A stretch of 63,679 nt of DNA, counting the filler, from an uncultured bacterium (lineage in GTDB: Bacteria > CAYUVA01): NCBI GenBank assembly GCA_964448115.1. It is 3 parts of 3 records of this genome, joined end to end, with 100 filler letters (N's around TTAATTAATTAA, not from the genome) between each part and the next. Parts side by side here need not be neighbours in the genome. Positions count along the whole stretch, not along the records: positions 53,290 to 63,679 come from CAYUVA010000066.1; 2 more parts are not named here. One strand, 5' to 3'. Shown in pieces: positions 60,985-63,679 of this stretch. The notes under the pieces are model-generated. The model was not told the DNA's origin, made no database searches, and saw only the letters and a program-made list of their open reading frames with translations. Position 1 is the stretch's first letter; every line of letters begins with the position of its first letter. A program made the translations under genes and the position numbers.

Positions 60985-61980
60985 TTGTCGAGCTCTAGGG
61001 GAATTTACTCTCTATTCTATTATATTGTTGAACTATTATCTTCCGAGCGCTTTTCAATAACCAGCGACTTGGAGGGGATAGTTATAAATGCCGGCAAGAG
61101 CCAGTTTGCATATATAGATGATCGCAAGAAGACTATGGAAAAATATGGATTCGATCTCTGGAAGGACATCAAAGATTCCTTGTCCGAGGAAAAATTTATG
61201 CAAACCATAAAAAATAACAAGATTGATACAAAAAGATTATATTCCAGCTCTTGGCTTTTTCCGGATTTTTTGCTCAAAACAAGAAAAATATGTGATGGTT
61301 CTCTTTGCGGCGGTGATTTATTGGAGCTAAAGGATTCAAAAGGAGGCTCAATCTCTTCATTCAACTCAACAATTCCGACCAAATTCAAGAATCTGGAGCA
61401 GGTTGAGAAAATAAACCATAGCGATTTGGTTACAAAAATCGCATGCCTGATAGATAAAGTCGCACCAGGGGAACTAGATCAATACAAATTATTTGAAAGA
61501 AGATGTTTTTACCTTGTACGAACCCATGGTAATAATGAAAAAAAAGCTAAAATTTCTATTGTTGACGGCTCTTTCTTCGAGACTATCCCCAAGGCAGAAT
61601 TGCTCTCTAGGGCTTTCAAGGCTGTATTTGAACGACAGCTAAAAAGCAAAGGCATTTCCATTGACAACAAAATCGATCATGAACTTAATATACTTTTAAA
61701 GGAAATGGACGACCAGGCTCTAATCGCCTTTTCGCAGGAAATAGAGAAAGCCTCCGTAAAACCTAGATTCAGGGTAATGGCTGAAGTTCACCCAGAGGGC
61801 AATCCCCATAATCCTAAATTTTATCCACAGATCGAAGAAAGAACTATAAATCTTATAGTTAATAGCAGCCTATGTCCGGAAGAAGGACTTTTTAATGACA
61901 ATCGTATAAAATTAAAAAAGTTCTCCATCTTCCATAAGCGCAATGGCGAGCATCTTGTATATCAATTTAAGCTCTCATAA
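60985..61980 (+). CDS. Putative restriction endonuclease (PD-(D/E)XK-like)
   Basis: Directly follows the MTase gene, AT-rich, 'FPDFLL...GDLLELKDSK', 'FNSTIP'; start uncertain. Confidence 0.6.
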   Translation: MSSSRGIYSLFYYIVELLSSERFSITSDLEGIVINAGKSQFAYIDDRKKTMEKYGFDLWKDIKDSLSEEKFMQTIKNNKIDTKRLYSSSWLFPDFLLKTRKICDGSLCGGDLLELKDSKGGSISSFNSTIPTKFKNLEQVEKINHSDLVTKIACLIDKVAPGELDQYKLFERRCFYLVRTHGNNEKKAKISIVDGSFFETIPKAELLSRAFKAVFERQLKSKGISIDNKIDHELNILLKEMDDQALIAFSQEIEKASVKPRFRVMAEVHPEGNPHNPKFYPQIEERTINLIVNSSLCPEEGLFNDNRIKLKKFSIFHKRNGEHLVYQFKLS

Positions 61981-62031
61981 GCTCTAACAAAGAGCCTAAT
62001 TAATAAAACCTTTATAACGGTATCACGATTC

Positions 62032-62337
62032 CAACACCTAACCATTGGAGGTATATCAACTATGTCTTACAGCAATATGGTATCTGCGTCGAATGATTCG
62101 ACAGAACAACTGCTAGGGCTAAAAGAGAGCCTCTCCATCATCCGCAGGGTAATCAATCGCCTGGAGGAAAAACGGCAGGGCAAGCAAGGCGATGATGTCA
62201 AGCTGATCGACCAGCTAGTCAAGCTGTTCGATGTGCAGCGAAAGATGGTCAAGGACTACCTGGATCTTGTGCAAAAAAGCGGTCTGCTCTCAGAGAACGA
62301 AGGCATCCATGCGCATGGCATCCTCAAGGAGCTTTAC
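62032..62337 (+). repeat. 306-bp direct repeat, copy 1 (3'-truncated copy of the 98-aa gene)
   Basis: Aligns with 63052-63357 with 7 mismatches by eye; ORF 62062 diverges after ELY. Confidence 0.95.
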
Positions 62338-62338
62338 A

Positions 62339-62713
62339 CTAAGATTCATTTTCTCCTGAAATTTCCTTTTCCAGATCCTCTAACGGGGGCAGGATATCCA
62401 TTATGCGCTGCCGTAGCATGTCAAGATCGTTATCAATTATTTGCCAGACCCCTTTGATGCTAACACCCTCATATTGGTGAATCAAGACATCGCGGAAACC
62501 AGCAAGCTCTCTCCAGGGAATCGTTGGATGCTGGCTTCGATATTGCTCCGGAATGCGCTTAATTGCCTCACCAATTACCTCAAAGTTGCGAATTACAGCA
62601 TCCTGAGTGCGAATATCATTCATAAATACCTGTTTACCGTCAACGGTATAATCCTTGATGCGGTTGAGCCTTTCCAATATCTGCGCAAGATAAACTCGAG
62701 GATCTTTTTTCAT
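62339..62713 (-). CDS. HEPN (DUF86/HepT-like) ribonuclease toxin
   Basis: 'QDAV.RN.E.IGEA.K', 'IPW....GFRDVLIHQY' with the RX4HXY motif; ATG overlaps the MNT stop. Confidence 0.92.
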   Translation of the reverse strand: MKKDPRVYLAQILERLNRIKDYTVDGKQVFMNDIRTQDAVIRNFEVIGEAIKRIPEQYRSQHPTIPWRELAGFRDVLIHQYEGVSIKGVWQIIDNDLDMLRQRIMDILPPLEDLEKEISGENES

Positions 62714-63009
62714 AACGGCACCGCCTCCTTTAGGATGCGGCGACGCAGGAGCCAATATAAGCCATCTTCTGATACCACATCGACCTTTACACCCAGTAAA
62801 TCCTGTAGATCCAATACCAAGGCAGTTAAATCAAGCAAACTACGCCCCGCCTCCATTTTGACTAAAATATCAATATCGCTTTTCCCTGAGGCATCACCCC
62901 GAGCAACGGAGCCGAATAGTCTCAGATCCCGTGCGCCGTGTTTTGCTGCCAGGTCAATGATAGCCTCTCGATTTTCTTCAAGCAATTTTTTTACATTCAC
63001 AGGACTCAT
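62710..63009 (-). CDS. Minimal nucleotidyltransferase antitoxin (MntA-like)
   Basis: LFGSVARG....SDIDILV (GSX10DXD), 'LLG.KVDVV'. Confidence 0.93.
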   Translation of the reverse strand: MSPVNVKKLLEENREAIIDLAAKHGARDLRLFGSVARGDASGKSDIDILVKMEAGRSLLDLTALVLDLQDLLGVKVDVVSEDGLYWLLRRRILKEAVPL

Positions 63010-63081
63010 TTCTGATATTTTATTTTAGCCTTCTTTAATTAGAACTTCAATCAACACCTAACCATTGGAGGTATATCAACC

Positions 63082-63378
63082 ATGTCTTACAGCAATATGG
63101 TATCTGCGTCGAATGATTCGACAGAACAACTGCTGGGGCTAAAAGAGAGCCTCTCCATCATCCGCAGGGTAATCAATGGCCTGGAGGAAAAACGGCAGGG
63201 CAAGCAAGGCGATGATGTCAAGCTGATCGACCAGCTAGTCAAGCTGTTCGATGTGCAGCGAAAGATGGTCAAGGACTACCTGGATCTTCTGCAAAAAAGC
63301 GGTCTTGTCTCAGAGAACGAAGGCATCCATGCGCATGGCATCCTCGAGGAGCTTTACGAGCGTGCCACGAAGGCGTGA
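63082..63378 (+). CDS. 98-aa helical hypothetical protein (intact copy; repeat copy 2 is 63052-63357)
   Basis: GGAGG RBS, predicted amphipathic helices, followed by a terminator. Confidence 0.7.
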   Translation: MSYSNMVSASNDSTEQLLGLKESLSIIRRVINGLEEKRQGKQGDDVKLIDQLVKLFDVQRKMVKDYLDLLQKSGLVSENEGIHAHGILEELYERATKA

Positions 63379-63388
63379 GGCTTGTTTG

Positions 63389-63425
63389 AGGGGCAGGAGT
63401 AGAGAAGGCTCCTGCTCCCTTTTTT
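63389..63425 (+). terminator. Rho-independent terminator
   Basis: AGGGGCAGGAG..CTCCTGCTCCCT hairpin followed by a T6 tract. Confidence 0.65.
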
Positions 63426-63440
63426 CCGAGCCACACGCCA

Positions 63441-63505
63441 ATCCGAGCCACGACCGTAAGGGAGTGGTCATTGTTTGACCGCTCGCTCACGCTCACGGCT
63501 CGGAT
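63441..63505. repeat. REP-like palindrome (ATCCGAGCC...GGCTCGGAT)
   Basis: 65-bp imperfect inverted repeat; related copies at 17953-18025 (opposite strand) and 18239-18267. Confidence 0.8.
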
Positions 63506-63521
63506 ATTGATCTATTCTCGC

Positions 63522-63679
63522 TAATAGACAACCTACTGCTCGCTTTCGTCATAAAGAACGATAATTCCTTGACCTACATCGACGCCGATAGCCTGGCGAG
63601 GTTTACCTAAGAGATATACAGCAAATCTGCTTCCTCGTCATATTCCCAGCTCAACATCGAGTCACTTTCAAGGATTTTT
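63522..63679 (-). pseudogene. DUF2283 family pseudogene
   Basis: Minus strand reads WEYDEEADLLYIS, then a 1-nt frameshift, then GKPRQAIGVDVGQGIIVLYDESEQ*VV. Confidence 0.75.

Noticed and set aside
62062-62457. 131-aa ORF as an independent gene
   Set aside because: It is a truncated duplicate of 63082-63378 reading into the antisense strand of the HEPN gene
62441-63028. 195-aa plus-strand ORF
   Set aside because: It is the antisense shadow of the well-supported MNT/HEPN pair
62032-63357. Diversity-generating retroelement TR/VR pair
   Set aside because: Mismatches are not adenine-specific and there is no reverse transcriptase

Overview
This is a bacterial draft or metagenome-assembled window made of at least three separate contigs. 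They are joined by artificial 100-nt spacers (N44-TTAATTAATTAA-N44 at 27067-27166 and 53190-53289), so gene adjacency across those points is not real. Contigs 1 (1-27066) and 2 (27167-53189) are mostly core and envelope genes of a diderm, LPS-making, probably anaerobic uncultured bacterium: pdxA, lpxK, folE2, recA, glyA, suhB-like, carbamate kinase, coaX, PBP1A, accD, lptD, pcm, truA, and Wzx/Wzy/glycosyltransferases. They also carry large secreted Pro/Thr-linker proteins sharing a C-terminal 'AGY(M/F)D...WPYL' module, a complete sigma-54 promoter (UAS, IHF site, -24/-12) directly behind its activator gene, and an atypical isochorismatase / CxxC-less TrxB-like / RlmN-like radical SAM trio. Contig 3 (53290-63679) is an accessory/defence island. 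It contains a 1207-aa phage tail-tip-like protein with an inserted beta-propeller, hicBA, a MTase-nuclease-MTase-nuclease block, an MntA/HepT pair and a DUF2283 pseudogene, punctuated by several palindromic REP-like repeat families and direct duplications. The most unusual observations are: (i) a fibronectin-III-like domain split and circularly permuted inside the 1230-aa surface protein, with a 9-bp direct repeat at both junctions; (ii) defence cassettes each bracketed by direct or inverted repeats with no recombinase in view; (iii) the orphan tail-tip gene between inverted REP copies. All family assignments come from motif recognition by eye; no database search was run.
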